Assembly: GCA_934661375.1 (NCBI GenBank)
Contig: CAKUJH010000011.1
Coordinates: 24,795 to 88,794, forward strand
From: an uncultured Victivallales bacterium
GTDB lineage: Bacteria; Verrucomicrobiota; Lentisphaeria; Victivallales; UBA1829
DNA: 64,000 nucleotides
Direction of reading: 5' to 3'
Positions 37,731 through 47,179 of this stretch are shown piece after piece. Below the pieces are notes generated by a model. It saw only the letters and a program-made list of their open reading frames with translations. It was not told where the DNA came from and did no database searches. The position numbers were made by a program, and so were the translations under genes. The number at the start of each line of letters is the position of its first letter. The stretch's first letter is position 1.

Positions 37731-39009
37731 ATTTCTGAAAAGCGCACTGACCATGGCGGCTCTTGCCCCGGTAACCCGTCTTGCCGCAAAAGCCGGACCG
37801 GACGGTGACAAGGCGTCCGACCTGAAATCCGGATTGCAGATAACGCGCCGCCGTTACAAAAATACCGGCATGACCGTGCCGCTGCTCGGTTTCGGGTGCA
37901 TGAGATTGGCGCGTATTTCGCCGGATAATCCGGCCATCGACTATCCGACGGTGCGCAAAATGATTGCCCGCGCCATGAATGCCGGCTGCAATTACTTTGA
38001 CACCGCTTACATGTACCACGGCGGAGAAAGTGAAAAATGTCTCGGCGAACTGCTGAAGGAATATCCGCGCGATTCCTATTATCTGACGGATAAGATGCCG
38101 GTCTGGTTTGCAAAGAAGGAATCGGATGTCGAGCGGATTTTCAAGGAACAGCTGGCTCGCTGCAAGACCGGTTATTTTGATTTTTACATGCTGCATTCTC
38201 TGAATGCCGCCAACTGGAAACTTGCGCAGAAATTCCATGCGTACGAATTTCTTGCCCGAATGAAGAAAGAAGGCAGGATCCGCAAACTCGGATTCTCGTT
38301 CCATGACACGCCGGAAGTGCTTAAAACCATCGTCAGGGCGCAGCCGTGGGATTTCGCGCAGATTCAGCTGAATTATCTGGACTGGGAACTGTACCGTTCC
38401 CGTGAACAGTATGAGATCCTGACTCAGGCGGAAATCCCGGTCATTGTCATGGAACCGCTGCGCGGCGGAGCGCTGGCGTCGCTGTCTCCGGACGCAACGG
38501 AAATTCTCCGCAGGTCCGATCCGGATTCCAGCAATGCAGCCTGGGCGTTCCGGTATGCCGCCAGCCTGCCGAATGTGCTGTGCGTGCTTTCCGGCATGAC
38601 TTTGCCGGAACACCTGGAAGACAACATCAAGACGTTTTCGCCGTTGAAGCCGCTGAGCGACGGAGAACGCGCCGTGCTGGATGCGGCGTTGAAAGCCCAC
38701 CGCAAGCATCTGACGGTTCCCTGCACGGCGTGCCGTTACTGCCTGCCGTGTCCGGTCGGCGTGGAAATTCCGAAAATCTTCGGAATCTACAATCAATACA
38801 AAATTTCCGGCAACCGCCGGCTGTTCAACAACAATTACCGTGCCATTCCGGAAGAATCCCGCGCGGATGCCTGCGTCAACTGCAAACGCTGTGTGCAGCA
38901 CTGTCCGCAGAAAATTCAGATTCCCGATGAACTGAAGAAGATCGACGCCGAAATGAACGGCGCAAAACTGTCTGCGCTTCAGATGCACGAAACCAAACCC
39001 TATGTCTGA
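37717..39009 (+). CDS. Tat-exported aldo/keto reductase family oxidoreductase with C-terminal 4Fe-4S ferredoxin-like domain
   Basis: Tat signal MNRREFLKSALTMAALAP. AKR core (GFGCMRL..., YFDTAYMYHGGESE). C-terminal CTACRYCLPCP and CVNCKRCVQHCP. GGAGG RBS upstream; start overlaps the end of tatC. Confidence 0.8.
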   Translation: MNRREFLKSALTMAALAPVTRLAAKAGPDGDKASDLKSGLQITRRRYKNTGMTVPLLGFGCMRLARISPDNPAIDYPTVRKMIARAMNAGCNYFDTAYMYHGGESEKCLGELLKEYPRDSYYLTDKMPVWFAKKESDVERIFKEQLARCKTGYFDFYMLHSLNAANWKLAQKFHAYEFLARMKKEGRIRKLGFSFHDTPEVLKTIVRAQPWDFAQIQLNYLDWELYRSREQYEILTQAEIPVIVMEPLRGGALASLSPDATEILRRSDPDSSNAAWAFRYAASLPNVLCVLSGMTLPEHLEDNIKTFSPLKPLSDGERAVLDAALKAHRKHLTVPCTACRYCLPCPVGVEIPKIFGIYNQYKISGNRRLFNNNYRAIPEESRADACVNCKRCVQHCPQKIQIPDELKKIDAEMNGAKLSALQMHETKPYV

Positions 39010-39426
39010 TAAGACGCATCGCCGCATCCGGCCGCGTTCATGGTGAAACATTCCGTTATTTCCGGATGACACGTAAAACGCGGTTTTTGCAGGGAAAAGA
39101 ATAAAAAAGCCGGTTTTTTCTGTCATGGCGACTTGAAAAAGAAAACTTCAAATGCTTTTTTATAGGACGGGAGATCTCATTCGGAGGTTTTCCGGCGGGA
39201 ACGAACGGAATTTCCGGTTCCCCTGAGTTTTGACTTGACCATTTCATAAAACAGAAGCCTGTTGTGATCGGCGGGGAGGTTTATGGACTGAAACATGATT
39301 TTTCGTGACTTTTTCAAAAAGGTCACTGCTGCCGCGTCAGAAGAAGAATTGAGGCGGGAAAAGACAAGTTTTTAAGAAAAGGGCCATAATATTTTGAAAC
39401 AGGCTCTGCGTGAAAGGTTTTTTATT

Positions 39427-40413
39427 ATGCACATGGCTGATGCTTTGCTGTCGCCTGCCGTAAGCGGTACAATGCTGGTTGTTTCCGCTGGTGTGCTGGC
39501 TTGTTCGATCCGGGATATCCGGAAAAATTTTCAGGAGAAACGCATACCCCTGATGGGAGTCGCAGGAGCATTTGTTTTCGCCGCTCAGATGATCAACTTC
39601 GCCATACCGGGGACGGGTTCCAGCGGGCATATCGGCGGAGCGGTTCTGCTGGCGGCTTTGCTGGGGCCGTCGCCGGCTTTTCTGGTGCTGGCGGGAGTCC
39701 TGCTGATACAGGCGCTTTTTTTTGCGGACGGCGGACTGCTGGCGTGGGGATGCAATTTGTTCAACATGGGATTCGTCGGCTGTTTTCTGGCATATCCGTA
39801 TATATTCCGTCCGCTGGCAGGAAAGCAGATGACCCGGAAACGGATCGTGCTGGCTTCTCTGGCGGCGTGCTGTGTGTCGCTGGTGCTGGGCGCGCTGGCG
39901 GTAACGCTGGAAACGCTGGTTTCCGGAATAACGGAATTGCCGTTCCGTGTTTTTGCCGGAGCCATGCTGCCGATTCATCTGGCAATCGGTGTCGGGGAAG
40001 GACTTGCCACGGCGGCGGTTCTGGTGTTCGTGCGGAAAAACCTGCCCGATTGTGAATCCTTGCGGCTGGAAGAGGAAAAACTTTCCCCGGTTCGGCTGTC
40101 CTGCGTGCTGGGACTTGCCGCGCTGGTGCTGGGCGGCGGATTTTCTCTGCTGGCGTCCAGCCGTCCGGATGGTTTGGAATGGGCTTTGGAAAAAACGGCG
40201 GGGACTGCCGAACTGGAGCATTCCGGTGCCATTCATGAATGGTTTGCACGTCTTGCCGAAAAAATTGCACTGCTGCCGGATTATGCGTTCCCGGCGGGAG
40301 AATCATGGTTCGGGACTTCCTTCTCCGGGATCGCGGGGGCGGTGATCTGTGCCGTCGCGCTGATTGCCGCCGGATGGCTGATCTGTCATCGCCGGAAGGT
40401 TTTTGCCGAATGA
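39427..40413 (+). CDS. cbiM: ECF transporter substrate-specific component CbiM/NikM with C-terminal NikN/CbiN-like extension (NikMN-type fusion)
   Basis: Starts MHMADALLSP, as CbiM/NikM proteins do (MHIxDG). Multiple TM helices. An extra ~110-aa C-terminal TM region carries PDGLEW. Confidence 0.75.
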   Translation: MHMADALLSPAVSGTMLVVSAGVLACSIRDIRKNFQEKRIPLMGVAGAFVFAAQMINFAIPGTGSSGHIGGAVLLAALLGPSPAFLVLAGVLLIQALFFADGGLLAWGCNLFNMGFVGCFLAYPYIFRPLAGKQMTRKRIVLASLAACCVSLVLGALAVTLETLVSGITELPFRVFAGAMLPIHLAIGVGEGLATAAVLVFVRKNLPDCESLRLEEEKLSPVRLSCVLGLAALVLGGGFSLLASSRPDGLEWALEKTAGTAELEHSGAIHEWFARLAEKIALLPDYAFPAGESWFGTSFSGIAGAVICAVALIAAGWLICHRRKVFAE

Positions 40414-41165
40414 ATCTGTCATTGCAGGGACTTCAGCAGATGCGCCATACGGCGGCGGACAGTCCGTTTTGCCGGATTGCGCCGCTGCCGAAGGTCTGTT
40501 TCGTGCTGGGTTTTCTGCTGTTGACCGTTTCTTTCGGTCATTATTCCCTGGCGGGCGCTGTGCTGTTCGCCCTGACGCCGTTTCTTCTGGCTGTGCGGGG
40601 CGGGGTTCCGGCCGGCACGCTGTTCCGCCGTGCGCTGACGGCATTGCCGTTTGTGCTGTGTGCGGGAATCGCCAATCTGTTCTTCGACCGTCTGCCGGTT
40701 TCGTTTTACGGACTGGCGGTTCCCGGCGGACTGCTGTCCCTGCTGGTCCTGACCGCCAAAACGCTGGCGTCTGTCGGGATGGTTCTGCTGCTTGCCGCGA
40801 CAACGTCCATGCAGGATATCGCGGGATCGCTGACCCGTCTGCATGTGCCTTGTCTGCTGATTCTGGTGCTGCAGCTGCTGTACCGTTATCTGTTTCTGCT
40901 GGCGGAGGAGGCGGTCAACCTGCGCAACGCCTATTTTCTGCGGAATCCGGGCTGCCGGGTGATTCCGGTCCGGGAATGGGGGACGCTTACGGGACGTCTT
41001 TTCATCAAAAGTGTGGAGCGTGCGGATGCCGTTTATGCCGCCATGCAGTGCCGGCTGTTCCGGGCTGGAGCGCCGCTGCGGGCAGGCAGACAGGGCAGCC
41101 GGAGTGAATGGGCGGGATTTGTGCTGTTGTTTGGAGTATTCTGTTTTTTGAGGATTGTCTTATGA
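40410..41165 (+). CDS. cbiQ: ECF transporter transmembrane (T) component CbiQ/NikQ
   Basis: Start ATGA overlaps the cbiM stop. Polytopic membrane protein in the expected M-Q-O order. Confidence 0.7.
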   Translation: MNLSLQGLQQMRHTAADSPFCRIAPLPKVCFVLGFLLLTVSFGHYSLAGAVLFALTPFLLAVRGGVPAGTLFRRALTALPFVLCAGIANLFFDRLPVSFYGLAVPGGLLSLLVLTAKTLASVGMVLLLAATTSMQDIAGSLTRLHVPCLLILVLQLLYRYLFLLAEEAVNLRNAYFLRNPGCRVIPVREWGTLTGRLFIKSVERADAVYAAMQCRLFRAGAPLRAGRQGSRSEWAGFVLLFGVFCFLRIVL

Positions 41166-41869
41166 GGATCGAACTTCGTGAGCTGGTGCTGGAACGGCCC
41201 GGCGGAATTCGCGCGGTGGACGGCGTATCGCATATATTTGATTCGGAACGCTGCCGGAGTGTGGCTCTGCTGGGGGCGAACGGCGCGGGGAAATCCTCTC
41301 TGCTGGAATGTATTCCCGGTTTGATTCCGGTTCATTCCGGCAGTGTGCTGGTGGACGGCATGGAGGTGGAAAAGAAAAACCTGACCGCAATCCGGCGGAA
41401 AGTCGGCATGGTGTTCCAGAATTCCGACAATCAGCTTTTTTCCCAGACAGTGGAGGAAGACATAGCGTTCGGTCCCGCGAATCTGGGGCTGACGGATGCG
41501 GAAATCCGTGTCCGGGTGCAGGATGCTTTGCGGCAGATGGATATAACCGGCCTGGCTGGGCGGGATGTGACCCGTCTTTCCGGCGGAGAAAAACGACGTG
41601 CCGCGCTTGCCGGCGTGCTGGCGATGTCGCCCGGAGCGATACTGCTGGATGAACCCACTTCCATGCTGGACCCGCGATCCTGCCGGGAGCTTGCCGTTCT
41701 GCTGGACCGGCTTCCCATGCTGAAAATCATGGCGACTCATGACCTGGCATTCGCCCGCCGCGTCTGTCCGGAATGTCTGATCCTCCGGCGCGGAAAAATC
41801 ATTGCCGCGGGGGCGACTGCCGAACTGCTGGAGCGTCACGACCTGCTTCTGGAATGCGGGCTGGAATAA
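41162..41869 (+). CDS. cbiO: ECF transporter ATPase CbiO/NikO
   Basis: Walker A GANGAGKSS, signature LSGGEKRR, Walker B ILLDEPTSMLD. Start overlaps the cbiQ stop. Confidence 0.85.
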   Translation: MRIELRELVLERPGGIRAVDGVSHIFDSERCRSVALLGANGAGKSSLLECIPGLIPVHSGSVLVDGMEVEKKNLTAIRRKVGMVFQNSDNQLFSQTVEEDIAFGPANLGLTDAEIRVRVQDALRQMDITGLAGRDVTRLSGGEKRRAALAGVLAMSPGAILLDEPTSMLDPRSCRELAVLLDRLPMLKIMATHDLAFARRVCPECLILRRGKIIAAGATAELLERHDLLLECGLE

Positions 41870-41887
41870 CTCCGTCCGGAATTCCGT

Positions 41888-42556
41888 TTACTCCAGCATA
41901 TAGCCGAATCCGCGGACCGTGCGGATCATTTTCTTTTCATAGGGCTTGTCGATTTTTTCGCGCAGACGGAAAATGCAGGCTTCCACGATGTTGCTCTGGG
42001 TGTCGAAGTGGTATTCCCAGACATGTTCCAGAATGGTGGTCTTGGAAATGACCCTGCCGCGGTTGCGCATCATATATTCCAGAAGCTGGAATTCCAGCGG
42101 CTGCAAATCAATCGGGTCGCCCGCACGGGTCACCTTCCGGCGCAGCAGATCCAGGGTCAGATCCCCCGCGGAAAGACTGGTCGGCTCTGCGGAATGGGAG
42201 ACCCGGCGCAGCAGAGCCTGAATCCGTGCCAGCAGTTCCCCGAAGGAAAACGGTTTGGCAAGGTAGTCATCCGCGCCGCATTCCAGTCCCTGAATTTTAT
42301 TCTCCACGGAATCTTTTGCGCTCAGTACCAGCAGGGGCATGTCGATTTTCGCCGCCCGGATTTTACGGATTACGGATAAACCGTCCAGACGCGGCAGCAT
42401 GATGTCCAGCACTGCCAGGTCGAACGGTTCGGTCCGGGCTTTGGACAAACCGGTCTCGCCGTCTTCCGCCAGACAAACCCGGATTCCGGCTTCCTGAAGC
42501 CCTTTGGCAATGAAGGCGGCAGTCGCCTTGTCATCTTCAACGATCAGAATCCTCAT
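41888..42556 (-). CDS. OmpR-family response regulator (orphan; no adjacent histidine kinase)
   Basis: Receiver domain (MRILIVEDD...DLAVLDIMLP...SAKD) plus a winged-helix trans_reg_C (GFGYMLE at the C-terminus). Confidence 0.9.
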   Translation of the reverse strand: MRILIVEDDKATAAFIAKGLQEAGIRVCLAEDGETGLSKARTEPFDLAVLDIMLPRLDGLSVIRKIRAAKIDMPLLVLSAKDSVENKIQGLECGADDYLAKPFSFGELLARIQALLRRVSHSAEPTSLSAGDLTLDLLRRKVTRAGDPIDLQPLEFQLLEYMMRNRGRVISKTTILEHVWEYHFDTQSNIVEACIFRLREKIDKPYEKKMIRTVRGFGYMLE

Positions 42557-42761
42557 AAAAATACCTCGCAGTGTCGTTTCTGTAATATAGTCCGCAGATG
42601 GATTTTTTCAAATACCGCCGTTCCGGGGCTCCTGAAAAATTAACAGAAACGAAACATTCTCCGCATTTTTTTCTGTTTTTTTGTTTGACCCCCTTGACAA
42701 ATTTGAATTTTTGATTATAATTAATAATAGAAGGGAAACATGTTAACCTGAAAGACAGATT

Positions 42762-43820
42762 ATGATAAAACAAAGCGTCAACATTCGGGAAATAGCAAAA
42801 ATAGCGGGAGTTTCCGTGGCATCCGTGTCGCGTGCGCTCAAAAGCGAACCTTCCGCCAAATTGTCTGAAAAACAGCGGAAACATATTCTGGAAATCTGCA
42901 CAAAACTGCATTACTGTCCCAATGAACATACCCGCCGCATGTTTTCCCGGCGCGCCAATACGGCAGCCATCTTCTTCCCGCCGTTCGGGAAAATATCCGA
43001 GGACACGGTGGAAGATTATATCGACATGAACTTTGGAACCTGTCTCATGGGGGCGCAATCCTTCCTGCGCGAACACGGCATTGACCTGTTGCTGACGGAA
43101 ATCACGCCGGATTTTCTGGAAGGAAAACGGTATCTGAATATGATCCGCGGCAAGCTGATTGACGGCATCCTGCTGTGGGGCGCACTGGAAAAAGATGAAT
43201 ATCTGTATGAACTGCAGCAGGAAGGCATCCCCGCGGTTCAGCTCCAGACCCGCAAGCATGACTGCGGAATTTCCGCTGTGGCTGCGGACGATTTTACCGG
43301 CATGAGTCAGCTGGCGGAAAAAGTGATTGCGGCGGGACATACCCGGATTGCCGTTGCCGCGCCGCCGGAAGAATCCTCCACCGGAAAAGAACGCATCGCC
43401 GGAATCCGGGACACTCTGCTGAAACATGGCATTCAGCCGTATTTCACCCGGCAGTCCGGATACGGATATCTGTTCGGACGTCATGCCGCGCAGGAAATAC
43501 TTTCGGAGTTTCCTGATGTTACCTGCATCATGAATTCCAACGACATGGCGGCATTCGGCTGCATCGATGAATTGAAACAGCGCGGGCTTGCCGTGCCGCG
43601 CGATATTTCCGTAACAGGCGCGGACGGTTTGAAACTGCCCGGACGGGATCAGGTCATAGACTCGTATTTTTCTCCGGCATTCGAAATCGGCCGTCAGGGC
43701 GCAGAAGTTCTGCTGCATCTGATCGGCGGCGGCAAGCCGGAACAGCGGGAACTGAAAATCACTCCGGTGGAAGGCTCCACCATCCGTAATATTCACGAAA
43801 TCAACAGGACAGAAAAATGA
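42762..43820 (+). CDS. LacI family transcriptional regulator
   Basis: N-terminal HTH IREIAKIAGVSVASVSRALK and a periplasmic-binding-protein-like sugar-binding domain. Confidence 0.85.
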   Translation: MIKQSVNIREIAKIAGVSVASVSRALKSEPSAKLSEKQRKHILEICTKLHYCPNEHTRRMFSRRANTAAIFFPPFGKISEDTVEDYIDMNFGTCLMGAQSFLREHGIDLLLTEITPDFLEGKRYLNMIRGKLIDGILLWGALEKDEYLYELQQEGIPAVQLQTRKHDCGISAVAADDFTGMSQLAEKVIAAGHTRIAVAAPPEESSTGKERIAGIRDTLLKHGIQPYFTRQSGYGYLFGRHAAQEILSEFPDVTCIMNSNDMAAFGCIDELKQRGLAVPRDISVTGADGLKLPGRDQVIDSYFSPAFEIGRQGAEVLLHLIGGGKPEQRELKITPVEGSTIRNIHEINRTEK

Positions 43821-45307
43821 CAGCGTATCAGGACAAAGTATATGGTTGCTGGCTGGGCAAGTGTCTCGGCGGCGCCATCGGCATGGCGTATGAAGGTGTT
43901 CCCTTTCAGCCGGAACTTACGGAACGGGACATTGCATTGCAGGATGTGCCGAATGACGATCTGGAACTGCAGCTGGTCTGGCTCATGGTGCTGAAAAAAC
44001 ACGGGCTGGGACTCGATCACCGGAAACTCGGTCAGATCTGGCTGGATCACATCCCGCACGGCGTCGATGAATATTCCTTCGCCTTGCGCAATCTGAAATG
44101 CGGAATCATGCCGCCCGCCAGCGGCTGGAAGGATAATTTTTTCACTGACGGCATGGGCGCAGCCATCCGGTCGGAAATCTGGGCGGCGGTTTTTGCCGGA
44201 CGTCCCGACGCCGCCGGGTATTTTGCCGCGCTGGATGCATCCGTCGATCACTGGGGCGATGGCGTCCGGGCGGAAGTCTACATGGCAACGGCGGAATGTC
44301 TTGCCTTTGAAAATCCCGACTGCGCGGCAACTCTGAAACAGGCTTTGGAAATTCTGCCGGACTGCCGTCTGAAACGGACGCTGTGCAAGGTGCATGAACT
44401 GCATGAATCCGGTATGTCCGATGATGCCATGCGGGATTACTTGCTGCGGCATTATCAGCACCACAATTTCACTGACTGCGTCATGAATCTGGCATCCATG
44501 ACATTCGCACTGCTCCGCGGCGGCGGAGATTTCCTGAAAACCATTCTGTTGGCGGTCAACATGGGACGCGATACCGACTGCACGGCGGCTTCCGCCGGAG
44601 CGTATCTGGGCATTGCCGCCGGCAGCGAAGTCATCCCGGAACAGCTGCGCGGAAAAGTGCGCAATGAATTGACTCTCAGCGATTTCGTGCGGATTATTCC
44701 GGATGTTCCGCTCACATTGAACGATACTGTCGCCGCCACACTGGAACTGCATGACACTCTGACTCTGCCGGAACAGAAATATCCGGCATACACGCCTTAT
44801 GTGCCGACCGGCAGCGAACCTTCGCTGGATTGTTCGCGCTGGCTGGCGGTGATGGAATCGGACTGCGACATTGCCGCTCTGGAAAAGACGCTGGCGGAAA
44901 CCGGAAAAGTTCCTGCTGAACTGCAGAACCGGGTGGTTGCGTTCGACGGTCTGACCATGGATCTGGAACCTTATGCGGAATTGGGCGGCAATCTGCATCT
45001 GTTCAGTTTTCTGGAGGTGAAACATCCCGGACTGGACGGGGATGATGTTTATCTTTCCGCCACGGCGGATACCGGACTGACGCTCTGGCTGGATGGACGG
45101 AAAGAATTTGACCAGTTCTCGCGCGCTCTGATGATTCCGTCGTTTCACCGTGCGGAAGGCGGCATGTGTTACCGTTGTCCCATGCACGACGGCGAACGAC
45201 ATCTGGTGCATCTGCGGCTGTATTCCTGCATCCGTCCGCTGCGCTGTACATTCATGTTCGGCAACGGAATGCGCGATCATCTGGACGGTTTCCAATTGAG
45301 CATATGA
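43817..45307 (+). CDS. ADP-ribosylglycohydrolase (ARH/DraG) family protein with C-terminal extension (496 aa)
   Basis: [20 protein letters not shown]-terminal motif and the [18 protein letters not shown] Mg-binding region. Start overlaps the lacI stop. Confidence 0.7.
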   Translation: MTAYQDKVYGCWLGKCLGGAIGMAYEGVPFQPELTERDIALQDVPNDDLELQLVWLMVLKKHGLGLDHRKLGQIWLDHIPHGVDEYSFALRNLKCGIMPPASGWKDNFFTDGMGAAIRSEIWAAVFAGRPDAAGYFAALDASVDHWGDGVRAEVYMATAECLAFENPDCAATLKQALEILPDCRLKRTLCKVHELHESGMSDDAMRDYLLRHYQHHNFTDCVMNLASMTFALLRGGGDFLKTILLAVNMGRDTDCTAASAGAYLGIAAGSEVIPEQLRGKVRNELTLSDFVRIIPDVPLTLNDTVAATLELHDTLTLPEQKYPAYTPYVPTGSEPSLDCSRWLAVMESDCDIAALEKTLAETGKVPAELQNRVVAFDGLTMDLEPYAELGGNLHLFSFLEVKHPGLDGDDVYLSATADTGLTLWLDGRKEFDQFSRALMIPSFHRAEGGMCYRCPMHDGERHLVHLRLYSCIRPLRCTFMFGNGMRDHLDGFQLSI

Positions 45308-45395
45308 ATATGAAAAAAGGAGGAAGGGAAATTTGAAACCAGAGAAAAATCAAATCCAGAACTGCCTGAAAAAGAACAGGAAGGAGAACCAGACC

Positions 45396-46202
45396 ATGAA
45401 CAACCAACAGTCATTGTCATCCATTTCAGATTTGAAGCGTAACCCGTTGCGGTTTACACTGATAGAACTCCTCGTCGTGATTGCGGTCATCGCTATTCTG
45501 GCAGGAATGCTGCTGCCGGCGCTGAACTCCGCACGGCTTATGGCGAAAGGTGCGGCATGTCAGAGCAATCTGAGAAGTCTTGCGCTCGCCGCAAATCTGT
45601 ACACCGATGATTACAATGAATACGTCCTCGGCACCGCCAGAGAATCCGACGGCACTCAACTGAAAATATGGGCGGAAGTACTGTTCCCGTATATGAAAAA
45701 CCGCGGAGTATTCAAATGTCCGCTGGATACCGCGCCGCGTTATCTGGACTATGCGCCGCTGTCCTACGGCCTCAATGAATATTATGAAAACGGACAATAC
45801 AATGCCAATATGAAAAATCCGGCATGGGCATGGTATTACTGGTGGATCGGCGGCAGAAAAGTCAACTTCGCCAAAAACACCGCCAGCGCTTTGTTTGTCT
45901 GCACTGTCAACACGGGAAAAATCAGCGAAGCCGATCAGGCGCTGCTCTGCCGGAAAGACCTCAACTCTGCCTCCGCCTGGTCGCAGGGCGAAATGATGCG
46001 CGCGTACCCCGGCGCACATTATCCGCCCAGTCTGGAAGACAACAAGGGACATTCCGGCGGCACCAATTTTGCTTCGCTGGACGGTTCGGGACGGCATCAT
46101 AAATACAACAAGTATGCACCGTATTTTGCCTCGCCCGCCGGATTCAAAAACAAGGAAGACTGCAAACAGATCTGGTCTCCCCAACCGGATCAGATCAACT
46201 GA
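45396..46202 (+). CDS. Prepilin-type N-terminal cleavage/methylation domain protein (DUF1559-like pseudopilin), paralog 2
   Basis: [52 protein letters not shown]. Confidence 0.85.
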   Translation: MNNQQSLSSISDLKRNPLRFTLIELLVVIAVIAILAGMLLPALNSARLMAKGAACQSNLRSLALAANLYTDDYNEYVLGTARESDGTQLKIWAEVLFPYMKNRGVFKCPLDTAPRYLDYAPLSYGLNEYYENGQYNANMKNPAWAWYYWWIGGRKVNFAKNTASALFVCTVNTGKISEADQALLCRKDLNSASAWSQGEMMRAYPGAHYPPSLEDNKGHSGGTNFASLDGSGRHHKYNKYAPYFASPAGFKNKEDCKQIWSPQPDQIN

Positions 46203-46228
46203 CAACCTCAAAATGAAAGGATATAAAA

Positions 46229-47167
46229 ATGAACAGCAAATTCTTTGGCGCAGTCATTCTGGGCTGCGCTCTCTCGGCATCGGCACTGGCACAGATTCAA
46301 CTGGAATTCAATCAGAAAAGCAAAATCCTGCCGCTGAAAAAAACAACCGGAGAACTGACTTTCTCCGCCCGTTTCGACAAGGATCAGCGCGACTGCTGGT
46401 ACTGGATCAATTTTCTCAAAGCGGACGGCAAACCGGCGATTTCCGTGCGCATTGACCCGGACAAACTGATTTATTACACAGCGGAAAAGAAGGACGGTCC
46501 GTTCGCCGCCAGCACCGCTTATTCCTATAAAAATCCGCTGAAAATGCGGGAGTATATGAATGTAACGGTCAAAGCAATTGACGGACGTTTCTATCAGACT
46601 TCCATCAACGGACAGGATTTGCCGAATGTTACTGCGGGCAGCGGAGACATCACCGGCGTTCAGCTTGCCGCCCATAACTGCAAAATCACTTACGATAAAC
46701 TGAAATGGACCGAACAGGAAAGCCTTCCGCTGAACCTGCAGCTTTTCGGCAACACCGGTATTCACAGTCAGAAGTATCTGGAACTGCCGAAAGGTGATTT
46801 CGAGCTGAGCTTCCGTTTTCGGGCGGAATTCCGCGGCGGAGACCGGACGCATTACGGAGTCGAAATCGAACCTGCCGACGGCAATATGCAGGAACGGGTT
46901 CAGCTGGTTTTCTGGGACAACGGTTTCCAGATGATTCAGGGCAAAAACAGCAAATGGCTCGGCAATTTCAACAAAGAGGAATTCAACGGGAAAGAACATG
47001 AATTCCGGCTCAAACGCAGCGACGCCGATTTCTACGAAGTCCATATTGACGGCAAGCTGGTCAACAATTTTGAAGCGCTTGTTCCCGCGGACAGCCAGTT
47101 CAAATTCTGGTCCTACGGCAAATGGTTCGTGGAACTGAACGGCATTACGCTGAAATCTGAAAAATAA
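46229..47167 (+). CDS. Secreted beta-sandwich (ConA/lectin-like) hypothetical protein
   Basis: Signal peptide MNSKFFGAVILGCALSASALA. Beta-rich composition. Family uncertain. Confidence 0.5.
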   Translation: MNSKFFGAVILGCALSASALAQIQLEFNQKSKILPLKKTTGELTFSARFDKDQRDCWYWINFLKADGKPAISVRIDPDKLIYYTAEKKDGPFAASTAYSYKNPLKMREYMNVTVKAIDGRFYQTSINGQDLPNVTAGSGDITGVQLAAHNCKITYDKLKWTEQESLPLNLQLFGNTGIHSQKYLELPKGDFELSFRFRAEFRGGDRTHYGVEIEPADGNMQERVQLVFWDNGFQMIQGKNSKWLGNFNKEEFNGKEHEFRLKRSDADFYEVHIDGKLVNNFEALVPADSQFKFWSYGKWFVELNGITLKSEK

Positions 47168-47179
47168 ACCGGAGCCGCC

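Noticed and set aside
41888-42556. Orphan OmpR-type response regulator as part of a novel system
   Set aside because: Orphan response regulators are common. It is convergent to cbiO and divergent to lacI, with no operon partner, so there is nothing to support a distinct system.
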